From Firmicutes bacterium UBA5509 (GTDB lineage Bacteria; Bacillota; Proteinivoracia; UBA4975): a stretch of 64,000 bases of DNA. The DNA lies in the NCBI GenBank assembly GCA_002423965.1, contig DIOR01000006.1:21165-85164 (forward strand), read 5' to 3'. Both the position numbers and the translations under genes were made by a program. Positions 1 through 9,057 of the stretch are shown piece after piece (positions within the stretch are counted from its first letter, which is position 1; each line of letters opens with the position of its first letter). The notes beneath the pieces are model-generated. The model was not told where the DNA came from. It saw only the letters and a list, made by a program, of their open reading frames with translations, and ran no database searches.

Positions 1-189
1 ATCATAGCTTGGTTAAACATTATTACCATTATCACGCCAATTAACACCTGTCAATTGTTTGGTATAATCTTACATCTTGCACGGCACATTGGCACTATGG
101 GGGTGTTAAACACAATAGTTTGTAAAATACTAATATGGGGAACCAATTTCACTTCATACTCACTCCGCGTATAACTGTATTTGAATACA

Positions 190-220
190 AAAAAACCTCA
201 GGTGATCCACCTGAGGTTTA
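190..220 (-). terminator. Rho-independent terminator downstream of tRNA-Pro
   Basis: Hairpin aaacctcaggtg-atc-cacctgaggttt, followed on the minus strand by a T-run (plus-strand aaaaaa). Confidence 0.7.
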
Positions 221-229
221 TATTCGGAG

Positions 230-306
<77 letters not shown>

Positions 307-316
307 AACATATAAC

Positions 317-345
317 ATTTTACTCACTTAGCTCTGTTTTGTCAA
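317..345 (-). promoter_or_regulatory. Sigma-A-type promoter for tRNA-Pro
   Basis: Minus strand reads TTGACA, a 17-nt spacer, then TAAAAT. The tRNA 5' end lies about 10 nt downstream. Confidence 0.6.
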
Positions 346-401
346 CTGAAATTTAGTTTAATGCTGAGTGTCTGTGATAATATCACGTGATAAAGGTTTA
401 C

Positions 402-1643
402 CTATTCCGACTTCAGGTATTTAACAATCTCAACTTGGGTGGTTTTATAAGAAAACAACAAGCTAAATACCAATGTCAAAGAAACACTGCATACAGTGAA
501 CATATAGCAGGAATGTCTTGAAATGAAAAGAGTCCACTGTTCCGCATAGATATAATGATAAACCGCTTTGATAATCAACAAGATATTAGTGACTAGAGCT
601 ATAGAAATCAAGATATTCACGACCATAATAATCATAGCTTCCAATAAAAATTGAAAAACTATCGAACGGGCAGGAGCACCCAAAGCACGTTTTACTCCTA
701 TTTCAAACTTCCGTTCATTTAATGCGTTGGCAAAGCTACTATAAAGGTTTATGGCCAAAAGCACAAACAAAACTATGGAAATAATCCCTTTTACAGATTT
801 TTGCGCCTTGATGACTTCTAATGCCTTGTTTTGGGCAAGAAAAACGCAACTAACTACATATTTCGAAGGCTCAGAAGCTGCATATACTGCTTCTGGATTG
901 TCAGTAACTACAAGTGCTACAGTGCTGTAACAATCAAGCTCAACTTCCAGTTTACTGAGCAGACTCTGAGAGGCATATATTTTTCCAAATCCACCAACAG
1001 TGCCAGTTTGGGTAAGAACTAATTCGTTCCCACCATGCTCATCATCTGCGCACAGGCCGACAACCTGCAATTCACAAAGAACTGGGACAGTAGACCCCTT
1101 GGGAAGAATTGGAACCCGGATTGAAATGGGTAGGCTTGCCCCTTCGGGAGCAATTGCATAAAAGAGACTTTCGTTAATTATTGCTTCATCTTTTTTAAGA
1201 CTAAAATCCTGTTTTTCGGACACCAGTCTCTCGGGGATAGCCGATAGAACAATCTCATCATTAGCAATTGGGGAATTTTTGTCTTCCATATATACTGGTA
1301 TATTTCCTGTAGGCAGAAAGCTTATTGTTACGCCGATATTATCGTATCCAATAAACTCTGTGTTTGTTTCAAAATACGTATAGTATTCTGTGTCAGGGAT
1401 TTTGTCCAGCCGTTTTAGCCATGCATTAAATGCATGCCCTTCATCTCCCCAGTGATAAGCGCGGATTATTTCTCTCGAGGTTGCGAAGATTTCCTTATAG
1501 TCGTTGTAAAGATTAGCATCTACATAAGTTAAATACCCAAGAAGTATGGAGAATGAGAATACAATAGTAACCGACAGCAGGGCATAGTTTCGCAGAGTTC
1601 GCTTGACCATCAAGATAGCGTGCATAAATAGATTATTCCGCAT
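402..1643 (-). CDS. ABC transporter permease, FtsX/MacB family (YknZ-like)
   Basis: C-terminal FtsX-type transmembrane bundle (…ALGAPARSIVFQFLLEAMIIMVVNILISIAL…) and a large extracytoplasmic loop. It is paired with the upstream ATPase. The start was moved to the ATG at MRNNLF, which follows a GAGGGGGG ribosome-binding site; the ORF-track start at 1703 is probably an extension. Confidence 0.75.
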   Translation of the reverse strand: MRNNLFMHAILMVKRTLRNYALLSVTIVFSFSILLGYLTYVDANLYNDYKEIFATSREIIRAYHWGDEGHAFNAWLKRLDKIPDTEYYTYFETNTEFIGYDNIGVTISFLPTGNIPVYMEDKNSPIANDEIVLSAIPERLVSEKQDFSLKKDEAIINESLFYAIAPEGASLPISIRVPILPKGSTVPVLCELQVVGLCADDEHGGNELVLTQTGTVGGFGKIYASQSLLSKLEVELDCYSTVALVVTDNPEAVYAASEPSKYVVSCVFLAQNKALEVIKAQKSVKGIISIVLFVLLAINLYSSFANALNERKFEIGVKRALGAPARSIVFQFLLEAMIIMVVNILISIALVTNILLIIKAVYHYIYAEQWTLFISRHSCYMFTVCSVSLTLVFSLLFSYKTTQVEIVKYLKSE

Positions 1644-2286
1644 GCAAAACACCCCCCTCAAGCCGCAAGCATCTGTTGGCTTCCTTTGCGGCTCTAGCAT
1701 CATGGGTAATCAGAAGGATGCCTCTGCCCTTTTTTTGCTCGCTACGTAGCAGTCCCATGATAATATCTTTGTTTTGAATGTCTAAATTGCCCGTAGGCTC
1801 ATCAGCAATAATTAGGCAGGGGTCGGGGAGCAGGGCTCTGGCAATCGCCACCCGTTGTTTTTCTCCACCACTTAAAGTCTGGACATTTTGTTCCAGAATA
1901 CTCTCAATATCCAGGGTGGCAACAAGGTCCTTATATTTTTCCATGACATTGGGAATTTTTTTGTTATAAAGAGTGCTGAGCAAGATATTTTCGCGGCAGT
2001 TTAATGTAGGGATAAGATTATAGGACTGAAAAATAAAGCCTATGAAAGAGAGGCGTAATTCACTGTAATCCCTTTGGTTATCAATTCGAGCGCCATTAAA
2101 GTGGTAAGTTCCCGAATCAAAATGTTCAACCAAGCCGATTATATTCAATAAGGTGGTTTTGCCAGATCCGCTCTTCCCGACAATTGCCACGTAGTCACCG
2201 TTGATAATATTCAAGTCAATACCACATAGAACCGGGTGTGAAAATGCTTTCTTTAGTCCTGTTATTACAATGCTCAAATCGCGCAT
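1633..2286 (-). CDS. ABC transporter ATP-binding protein (MacB/LolD/YknY-like)
   Basis: Walker [10 protein letters not shown], signature [15 protein letters not shown], Walker [14 protein letters not shown]-loop ITHD. Confidence 0.9.
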   Translation of the reverse strand: MRDLSIVITGLKKAFSHPVLCGIDLNIINGDYVAIVGKSGSGKTTLLNIIGLVEHFDSGTYHFNGARIDNQRDYSELRLSFIGFIFQSYNLIPTLNCRENILLSTLYNKKIPNVMEKYKDLVATLDIESILEQNVQTLSGGEKQRVAIARALLPDPCLIIADEPTGNLDIQNKDIIMGLLRSEQKKGRGILLITHDARAAKEANRCLRLEGGVLHAE

Positions 2287-2294
2287 CTTAGCAC

Positions 2295-3191
2295 CTATTC
2301 ATTCCGGTCAGAAAACAATAGACCATAACCAGAATCGCAAAGAGTACCTATAGGAATCCCCGTAATGCAGATGTTTTCGTCATTAGAGTAACCGATTTCT
2401 ACCTCCAGCTGAGCGATATACTGACCAGTTTCATCAACGGTGCGCACATAATGTGGTCCTCCATCTTCCAGCTGATACACACAATTTTTATTGACAACCA
2501 GGGCATCTTGGTAAATTAGACCTGTTTTGACTATTAGCTGCTTAAAAGTATGCCCCAGGTTAAACCCGCCCCCTGAAAAGGAAAAAAGATATTCAACCCT
2601 TCCCTCCATGTCTTCGACTTTGCCTTGTTTAATAAGTCGAAGCTCCATACCATCTGCAGTCATCAGCTTTGCCCCCTCCCGGGTTAACTGCTTGGCTTGA
2701 GTGGACGAGACCATACAGCTTAATGCTAAATTATTAAGAGATTGCATCTGAATATATGGGTCTGCGCTCCAGCTATCAATATTTTGGATGTATCCGGATT
2801 TTTCGGCTATAAAGTGTTCTCCACCCAGATAGCCAATTACATCGCCTTCTATAACGACATCGCCTGCATCGACGATAAAACGGATTTCCGAGGCTTTCTT
2901 GGGAAGCTCAATGAATATAGTCTCATTACTGACAACGACTCCTGACAATGTCACAGTTTCCTGCATGTCCGTCACGAACACAGGAATAATTTCTCCATAA
3001 GCTTGCTCACCGATACGGGGAACTGAACTAGGCTTGTACTGTGCCATTTCCCCTTGAGAAATTAAAAAAATTACGCCGACAGGAGCAACCAATAGGGCAA
3101 GTAGAAGAAATGTGGCAAATACCCTGAAAACTTTTCTAAGGGGCACATTCTTCATGGAGTGTTGAGTGTCTTTGGCAGAATTTATTTCCAA
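2295..3191 (-). CDS. HlyD/efflux periplasmic adaptor family protein (YknX-like), membrane anchored
   Basis: N-terminal transmembrane helix followed by a beta-rich domain, lying immediately upstream of the ABC ATPase and FtsX permease. This architecture is typical of YknXYZ/MacAB-type tripartite exporters in Firmicutes. Confidence 0.55.
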   Translation of the reverse strand: MEINSAKDTQHSMKNVPLRKVFRVFATFLLLALLVAPVGVIFLISQGEMAQYKPSSVPRIGEQAYGEIIPVFVTDMQETVTLSGVVVSNETIFIELPKKASEIRFIVDAGDVVIEGDVIGYLGGEHFIAEKSGYIQNIDSWSADPYIQMQSLNNLALSCMVSSTQAKQLTREGAKLMTADGMELRLIKQGKVEDMEGRVEYLFSFSGGGFNLGHTFKQLIVKTGLIYQDALVVNKNCVYQLEDGGPHYVRTVDETGQYIAQLEVEIGYSNDENICITGIPIGTLCDSGYGLLFSDRNE

Positions 3192-3202
3192 TATATCACC
3201 CG

Positions 3203-4360
3203 CTAATTCGTGTTAGACAGAAAAAAATAGTTGTCAAAGTAAGACTGAACATCAATACCGTCCTGCTCCCTGGCATAGATAAAGTACTTGTTCGTTGCGA
3301 CATTGTAACTTATAGTAATGTGCTCCGAGTATTCAGTCCCGTTGTCTTCGTATATTATCAGCATTGTATCCGCGAAAATCCCGGAGAGTTCACCCGCAAA
3401 AAGGGGATTCTCTAACGTAATGTTCAGCTCTACATTTCTCCCTGAATAAAGCTTCAAAGGGGAGTTGCCGTCCCATGCCAGCTCAACGGGCACATCATCC
3501 TCCCCTGTTGAAGTCACAGAAACATTAGCACACCTTATCGCTGGATGATTCAAAAACTCAATGCTCTTTAAGGTCAGATCCCCTCCTATCTCAATACGAA
3601 TAGGATATAAATCTATACTGCCTATCGCCGAAGGCAAGGTCAAATACTGCATAATTGCTAAGGTAGTACTACTTAGCAAATTATCCGGATGGACAGCTGG
3701 TACTGATCTTCCTGGTTTCGCTGAGTATATCAAATCCTCTAAAGCGTACTTTTGCGTTTTGCCATTGACGGTTAGGGTTAATTCTGTAGCCTTACAATTT
3801 TCCATGGGCCCGTTTTCATAGTTCACTTGTAAATATAGCCCGTATTGATATATTACAGGAATTTTGTCCGGATTAATGGCTTCAAATGCTAGATCAAAAG
3901 GCTCAACAAGGGCCTCCATCTGATTGAAATATTCAGCAGATGCTTCAAAATTCCCTTCCTTCCGCTTCTCTTCACTTAAGTCGAAGAGCCTTCGATATTC
4001 CTTCCAATCCACTCCCCGGTAGCACTTATATGTATCATGTGTAAATGTGGAATGGTTTTTGCTCGCCTCCATAGCCACTAATGAAATACTGGCGTTTTCA
4101 TTAAAACTCAAATCGTAGTAAGTGGCTGGTATGTTCAGTCTTGCACTGACATCATCTTTAGTTAGAGGCTTGCACGATAATAATCGAAAGAAGACTGCAT
4201 CTGCGTACAAATCTACATAACAGTTATCAGTCTCGAGGTAAAAAAAATCGGGGTTGTAGCTGGGCAACCTCTCTGTTTCAGTCTTACCCGAGGAACTACC
4301 ACAGCCTGTTAGAAGGATTATCGATACTAGTGCTACTAAAGAAATAGATTTACTACGCAT
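3203..4360 (-). CDS. Hypothetical lipoprotein (385 aa)
   Basis: Signal peptide with lipobox LLTGC. GGAGGGG ribosome-binding site. No recognisable catalytic motif. Confidence 0.6.
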   Translation of the reverse strand: MRSKSISLVALVSIILLTGCGSSSGKTETERLPSYNPDFFYLETDNCYVDLYADAVFFRLLSCKPLTKDDVSARLNIPATYYDLSFNENASISLVAMEASKNHSTFTHDTYKCYRGVDWKEYRRLFDLSEEKRKEGNFEASAEYFNQMEALVEPFDLAFEAINPDKIPVIYQYGLYLQVNYENGPMENCKATELTLTVNGKTQKYALEDLIYSAKPGRSVPAVHPDNLLSSTTLAIMQYLTLPSAIGSIDLYPIRIEIGGDLTLKSIEFLNHPAIRCANVSVTSTGEDDVPVELAWDGNSPLKLYSGRNVELNITLENPLFAGELSGIFADTMLIIYEDNGTEYSEHITISYNVATNKYFIYAREQDGIDVQSYFDNYFFLSNTN

Positions 4361-4444
4361 AATTCCCCTCCATTTGTCTTCAATAATTTACTATGTGGAG
4401 GGGACTTAACTCTGCCCCCCCCCACAAAAAACACACTATACCTG
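4361..4444 (-). promoter_or_regulatory. Anti-Shine-Dalgarno hairpin plus G9 homopolymer tract in the leader of the lipoprotein gene
   Basis: In the mRNA, CCCCUCCA (plus 4396-4403) is complementary to the ribosome-binding site UGGAGGGG (plus 4365-4372), with a 23-nt loop. A G9 run (plus C9 at 4415-4423) and A6 lie just upstream. Confidence 0.5.
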
Positions 4445-4984
4445 CTATGCGTATCTAACTAGTATGAAACCCGGCCAAATTGGACCTTCATGGGAATCCT
4501 CATAAATGACAATATCGCCCTGCATTCCTTCTTTTCGTACTTTTCCTGTCACTCCACACCAGGGCTCCCTATGTTCTATGCGATACCATCCTGTAGGTTT
4601 TGAGGAACTTATTGTCTTTCTAACAGTTTGAACGATGGTCTGATGAATACTTTGCGCAATTCCTAAACTCGTCTCCAGTTCAAGAAGTGGGGCTTTAAAA
4701 GTGGGTGCCCAACTACCTGTTATACCTGTATTGATAGATAAATGGAACTGCATTTCGATTACCTCAGCTGGTTCTCCTCTTTCATGATGAGTTCCCATAG
4801 AACACCCGTTTATTTTATTTCTTAGTACCGTAGTAGTTACATACCCGACTACTGCATAATTCGGACCATTGCCAATAACCTTACTCATTGTACCTGCAGA
4901 ACCGGACTCCGTTAACACAACTAATACTAAACAAATAGCCATGATTAAACATAATGATTTAACTCCAATTTTCTCTCTCTTCAT
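4445..4984 (-). CDS. Hypothetical secreted protein (about 180 aa)
   Basis: N-terminal signal peptide MKREKIGVKSLCLIMAICLVLVVL. It is the first gene of the cluster, directly downstream of a strong promoter. Confidence 0.5.
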   Translation of the reverse strand: MKREKIGVKSLCLIMAICLVLVVLTESGSAGTMSKVIGNGPNYAVVGYVTTTVLRNKINGCSMGTHHERGEPAEVIEMQFHLSINTGITGSWAPTFKAPLLELETSLGIAQSIHQTIVQTVRKTISSSKPTGWYRIEHREPWCGVTGKVRKEGMQGDIVIYEDSHEGPIWPGFILVRYA

Positions 4985-5010
4985 TGAAATCACTTCTTAT
5001 TGTTTAGTAA

Positions 5011-5040
5011 ATAATACCACACTTGCAAAAATGCTGTCAA
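5011..5040 (-). promoter_or_regulatory. Sigma-A-type promoter for the ABC-exporter cluster
   Basis: Minus strand reads TTGACA, an 18-nt spacer, then TGgTATTAT (extended -10). Confidence 0.55.
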
Positions 5041-5111
5041 GAGATTTTTGCGCTCTTTTATTTAATTCTTGTGAAATAATTATAAAGAGAATTTAATTAA
5101 CTGGCCTTATG

Positions 5112-5149
5112 GAGTAAAAAATAAAATAAGGCGCGACTGCGCCGTATTT
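5112..5149 (-). terminator. Rho-independent terminator after spoIVA
   Basis: Hairpin ggcgc-gact-gcgcc, followed on the minus strand by UUAUUUUAUUUUUU. Confidence 0.7.
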
Positions 5150-6649
5150 TTAGAGGATGATGGCGATTAGGCCGCCACTGCCTTCGTTGATGATTTTTTC
5201 CAGTGTTTGCTGTAGTTTTTCTTGGGCACTGTCTGGCAGATTGCTTAGCTTTGTCTGAATACCCTCCTTGACCATGGAATATAGAGACTTTCCGAAGATC
5301 TGAGACTCCCAAATCTTGTCGGGATTGTCTTCAAACTCATCCATTAAGAAGTTTGCCAGTTCTTCACTTTGACGCTCGCTACCGACAATTGGGGCAAATT
5401 CGGACTCTACATCGACTCTGACCACATGGAAAGATGGTGCTGTGGCCCTGAGGCGCACGCCAAAGCGTGAACCCTGGCGAATTATCTCAGGCTCTTCTAA
5501 GAGCATTTCATCTACGCTGGGGGGAACGATGCCATAGCCATTTGTCTTGGCGGAAACCAAGGCATCCTCAATCTTGTCGAATTCCCGCTTTGCACGAACA
5601 AGGCCACTCATCTGCCGGAAAAGATCTCCGGCGTTTCCAATTTCATAGCCGGTGGTCTCAGTTAAAATGGTGTAGAACAGTTCTGACGGGGTCTCAAAGC
5701 GTATTTCAGCTTCGCCGCTGCCTAGGTCCAGGTGACTTAGGGAAACCCGGGAAACGTAGTCAAATTCATCTGCTATGGGCTCTAATGCCCCTCGCAGATC
5801 CCTAACCTTGCCGGTGCTGTTCATGATGCCCCGGATGATTTCCATGAAACCGCCTTTTAGCCAATGGTCTTCCTCAAGAGCTTCCACCCAGTCCGGCAAA
5901 AGTATGTTTATTTGATTGACGGGAAACTCGAACAGGGCCTCAGTGAGGATGACGTCCACTGTCTTCTTATCTAAGCGTTGACAGTTACAGGGAATGACCG
6001 GTGCCCCATATTTCTCTGTTAATTCTGTCTGCAGCTGCAGGCAGGAACTAGAATCGGGCTGGCTGGAGTTTAGGAGGATGACAAATGGCTTGGCAATCTC
6101 CTTCAGCTCCTCCACTACTCTTTCTTCTGGCTCTTGGAAATCTTCTCTGGGCATTTCCGAAAAAGAACCGTCAGTAGTGACGATTATCCCTAAGGTTGAG
6201 TGATCGGCAATAACCTTCTTGGTGCCGATTTCCGCCGCCAGTTGAAAGGGAATCTCCTCATCTACCCAGGGCGACATAACCAGACGTTCGCCTCGTTCGT
6301 CAGAGTAACCTAATGCGGAATCGACGGTGTAACCAACACAGTCCACCAGCCTAACCCGCATGGTAAAGTCTTCATCGGCAAACTGAACCTCCACCGCTTC
6401 ATCGGGAATAAACTTTGGCTCAGTAGTAGTAATGGTTTTGCCACCGCTGCTCTGAGGCAGTTCATCTACTGCTCGTGTGCGGTCCTGCTCATTGATATTG
6501 GGTATTACCATCAGTTCCATAAACTTTTTGATAAACGTTGACTTCCCTGTCCGCACGGGACCGACTACGCCAAGGTAGATATCACCACCGGTCCTCTTGG
6601 CAATATCGTGGTATAAGCTGTACTCTGCCACTTTTCTCCTCCCCCTCAC
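5150..6649 (-). CDS. spoIVA: Stage IV sporulation protein A (spore coat morphogenetic ATPase)
   Basis: N-terminus DIAKRTGGDIYLGVVGPVRTGKSTFIKKFMELMVIPNI is the hallmark SpoIVA Walker A region. Length 499 aa. Confidence 0.95.
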   Translation of the reverse strand: MRGRRKVAEYSLYHDIAKRTGGDIYLGVVGPVRTGKSTFIKKFMELMVIPNINEQDRTRAVDELPQSSGGKTITTTEPKFIPDEAVEVQFADEDFTMRVRLVDCVGYTVDSALGYSDERGERLVMSPWVDEEIPFQLAAEIGTKKVIADHSTLGIIVTTDGSFSEMPREDFQEPEERVVEELKEIAKPFVILLNSSQPDSSSCLQLQTELTEKYGAPVIPCNCQRLDKKTVDVILTEALFEFPVNQINILLPDWVEALEEDHWLKGGFMEIIRGIMNSTGKVRDLRGALEPIADEFDYVSRVSLSHLDLGSGEAEIRFETPSELFYTILTETTGYEIGNAGDLFRQMSGLVRAKREFDKIEDALVSAKTNGYGIVPPSVDEMLLEEPEIIRQGSRFGVRLRATAPSFHVVRVDVESEFAPIVGSERQSEELANFLMDEFEDNPDKIWESQIFGKSLYSMVKEGIQTKLSNLPDSAQEKLQQTLEKIINEGSGGLIAIIL

Positions 6650-6727
6650 AATCTCCGCTTTTACTCACAATATATATATGTGCAAAAAATGGTTGTATGC
6701 CGAGAGGAGGACAAATCTTGGAAAAAG

Positions 6728-7741
6728 CTATTCCTGGGGCAGGATATCTTCGATTTCGTGGGCCTTATCCCTAAGCATTAGTTCTGAAACTGCCTGATGA
6801 GGGTGTTTACCTGCAAAGATTACCTGGTGCAGGGCAGTGGTGATTGGCATGCTGACTCCCTCCTGGAGGGCCAACAATGCGGCTGTCTCTGTGGTGGCCA
6901 CCCCTTCAACTACCATGCCCTTGCGAATATCTTCTAGGCTCTCGCCTTGACCTAAGGCGAAACCCGCCTGCCAGTTGCGGCTATGCTTGCTAGTACAAGT
7001 GGCTATTAGGTCGCCGATGCCGGCAAGGCCGGCAAAAGTGATTGTTTCAGCCCCTAGTTTAATTCCCAAACGGGCAATCTCTGCCAGTCCCCTGGTCATA
7101 AGGGTGGCCTTAGTATTGTCTCCATAGCCTAAGCCATCACAGACTCCAGCACCCAAGGCGATGACATTTTTTAAGGCACCGGCCAGCTCGACACCGACGA
7201 CATCTGTATTAGTATAGACCCGAAACTTTGGGGTCATAAAGACTTCTTGCACTTGCTGAGCCATTTCTAGACTGTATCCAGCAGCGACAGTTGCCGTGGG
7301 AATGCCCCTGGCAACTTCTTCAGCATGATTGGGGCCGCTGATTACTACCACCCGGTCTTCATTGCCGACAACCTGGGATATGACTTGAGAAAGACGTAAA
7401 ATACTGTTCCGCTCCAGGCCCTTACTGAGGCTGACAATGATGGTGTCCTTGGTGATAAAATCTTTCATTCCTTCGATAGCAGTGCGCACAGCCTTAGCTG
7501 GTGTGGCGAGGACTACAATATCCTTTGATTTAACAGCCTGTTCCAAGGAATTGGAAATCCCTATGTTAGCAGGAAGTAGTACTCCTGGCAGGTACGCGGT
7601 GTTTTCCCGGTGCTTGAGAAGATCTCGACATAACTCTTCCCTTCTTGCCCACAGGGTAACAGCATGTCCATTTTTGGCCAGTAGCAGGGCAATTGCCGTC
7701 CCCCACCCTCCTGCACCGATTACACCAATTTTTCTTTTCAT
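6728..7741 (-). CDS. gpsA: NAD(P)H-dependent glycerol-3-phosphate dehydrogenase
   Basis: N-terminal MKRKIGVIGAGGWGTAIALLLAKNGH Rossmann motif. 337 aa. Synteny with der. Confidence 0.95.
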   Translation of the reverse strand: MKRKIGVIGAGGWGTAIALLLAKNGHAVTLWARREELCRDLLKHRENTAYLPGVLLPANIGISNSLEQAVKSKDIVVLATPAKAVRTAIEGMKDFITKDTIIVSLSKGLERNSILRLSQVISQVVGNEDRVVVISGPNHAEEVARGIPTATVAAGYSLEMAQQVQEVFMTPKFRVYTNTDVVGVELAGALKNVIALGAGVCDGLGYGDNTKATLMTRGLAEIARLGIKLGAETITFAGLAGIGDLIATCTSKHSRNWQAGFALGQGESLEDIRKGMVVEGVATTETAALLALQEGVSMPITTALHQVIFAGKHPHQAVSELMLRDKAHEIEDILPQE

Positions 7742-9057
7742 TTGCTACCTCTTTTCCGAAGCTTGAACACAATGGGAGTACCCTGAAAACCAAAAGCTTC
7801 CCGGATTCTGTTTTCCAAGTACCTTAGCCAAGAAAAGTGTAACAACTCCGGGTCACTGGTAAAGAGGACAAAACGGGGAGGTTTAACAGCTACTTGAGTA
7901 GTATAGAAGACCTTAACCTTAGTTCCCTTAGCTGAAGGGGGATTGGACATAACAGCATCAGTTAGGAGATCATTGAGGAGACCTGTGCTAATCCGGCGCT
8001 GATACTGCTCCATGGTCTCTTCTACAAGGGATAGGAGTCCCGAGATCCGGGCACCGGTCAAAGCAGAAACAAACTCTATATTGGCGTACTCAATAAATTT
8101 AAGTTCACCCCGCAGATCTTTGATATATCTAGACATGGTGTTAGAATCTTTCTCGACAATATCCCATTTGTTTACCAGGATTATTATTGCCTTGCCTGCC
8201 TCATGAGCAATGCCTGCAATGCGCTTATCCTGCTCAGTGAGCCCCTCTTGACCATCCAGGACTAGCAGGACAATGTCACTTCGCTGCACAGCCCTGACGC
8301 TGCGGAGCATACTATAATATTCGATTCCGGAAGACAGTTTGCTCTTCCTGCGCAGGCCTGCAGTATCGATGAGGATTATAGGTCTGCCATTAAAGTACAC
8401 AGTGGTATCAATTGCATCTCTTGTGGTGCCGGGAATATTGCTGACTACAGCTCTTTCTTTTCCCGCTAGCCGGTTAACTAAAGAAGATTTTCCAACATTG
8501 GGTCGCCCGACAACGGCCACGGCAATTGCATCTTCATCTTCCTCCTGGACCGGGAGCTTTTCGATACTGGCTACAATGACATCTAACAGATCTCCTATGT
8601 TAAGACCGTTAGAAGCGGAAATAGGCAAAGGCTCTCCTAAACCCAGTTCGTAGAACTCCAACAGCTGCTCCTGGCTTCTGCTGAAGTCATCAACTTTGTT
8701 GACAACCAGGATTACGGGTTTTTTGCTGCGGCGCAGTAAATCTGCCACCTCTTTATCATCTGCCACCAATCCCTGCTTGGCGTCAACCATAAAGAGAATG
8801 ACGTCGCTTTCTCCGACAGCTTCCTGGGCCTGACCTGTAACTGCCTGGGCCAAGGGGTCATTCTCATCCCAGGCAAACCCTCCTGTATCCACCAGGAGAA
8901 AATTATGCCCCCCCCAGTCGCTTTGGCCATACAGGCGGTCTCTGGTGACCCCGGGAGTGTCCTCTACTATGGCCAGACGCCGCTGCAAGATCTTATTAAA
9001 CAGGGTTGACTTGCCCACATTGGGTCTGCCAACAACTGATACAATCGGTAACATCAT
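7738..9057 (-). CDS. der: Ribosome-associated GTPase Der/EngA
   Basis: Two tandem GTPase domains ([12 protein letters not shown] and GRPNVGKSSLVN) plus a C-terminal KH-like domain. Confidence 0.95.
   Translation of the reverse strand: MMLPIVSVVGRPNVGKSTLFNKILQRRLAIVEDTPGVTRDRLYGQSDWGGHNFLLVDTGGFAWDENDPLAQAVTGQAQEAVGESDVILFMVDAKQGLVADDKEVADLLRRSKKPVILVVNKVDDFSRSQEQLLEFYELGLGEPLPISASNGLNIGDLLDVIVASIEKLPVQEEDEDAIAVAVVGRPNVGKSSLVNRLAGKERAVVSNIPGTTRDAIDTTVYFNGRPIILIDTAGLRRKSKLSSGIEYYSMLRSVRAVQRSDIVLLVLDGQEGLTEQDKRIAGIAHEAGKAIIILVNKWDIVEKDSNTMSRYIKDLRGELKFIEYANIEFVSALTGARISGLLSLVEETMEQYQRRISTGLLNDLLTDAVMSNPPSAKGTKVKVFYTTQVAVKPPRFVLFTSDPELLHFSWLRYLENRIREAFGFQGTPIVFKLRKRGSK

Noticed and set aside
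373-394. Perfect 6-1-6 palindrome gtgata-a-tatcac downstream of the FtsX permease gene
   Set aside because: It is short and could be part of a weak terminator or a chance palindrome in AT-rich DNA. There is no flanking gene start for it to regulate.
1633-1703. N-terminal 20-27 aa of the FtsX permease ORF as listed (and similar extensions on era, hrcA, radC, fni, pyrR, rpsT, the holin-like gene and the TIGR03936 gene)
   Set aside because: The ORF track extends to the most upstream ATG/GTG/TTG. The real starts were placed at internal start codons that have ribosome-binding sites and remove large overlaps with upstream genes.
6650-6727. Sigma-E promoter for spoIVA (CATACA at about 6693-6698 on the minus strand; (AT)5 run at 6671-6680)
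   Set aside because: A CATACA -10-like box is present, but no convincing -35 (ATATT) at the required 14-nt spacing could be aligned by eye, so it is not reported as a feature.
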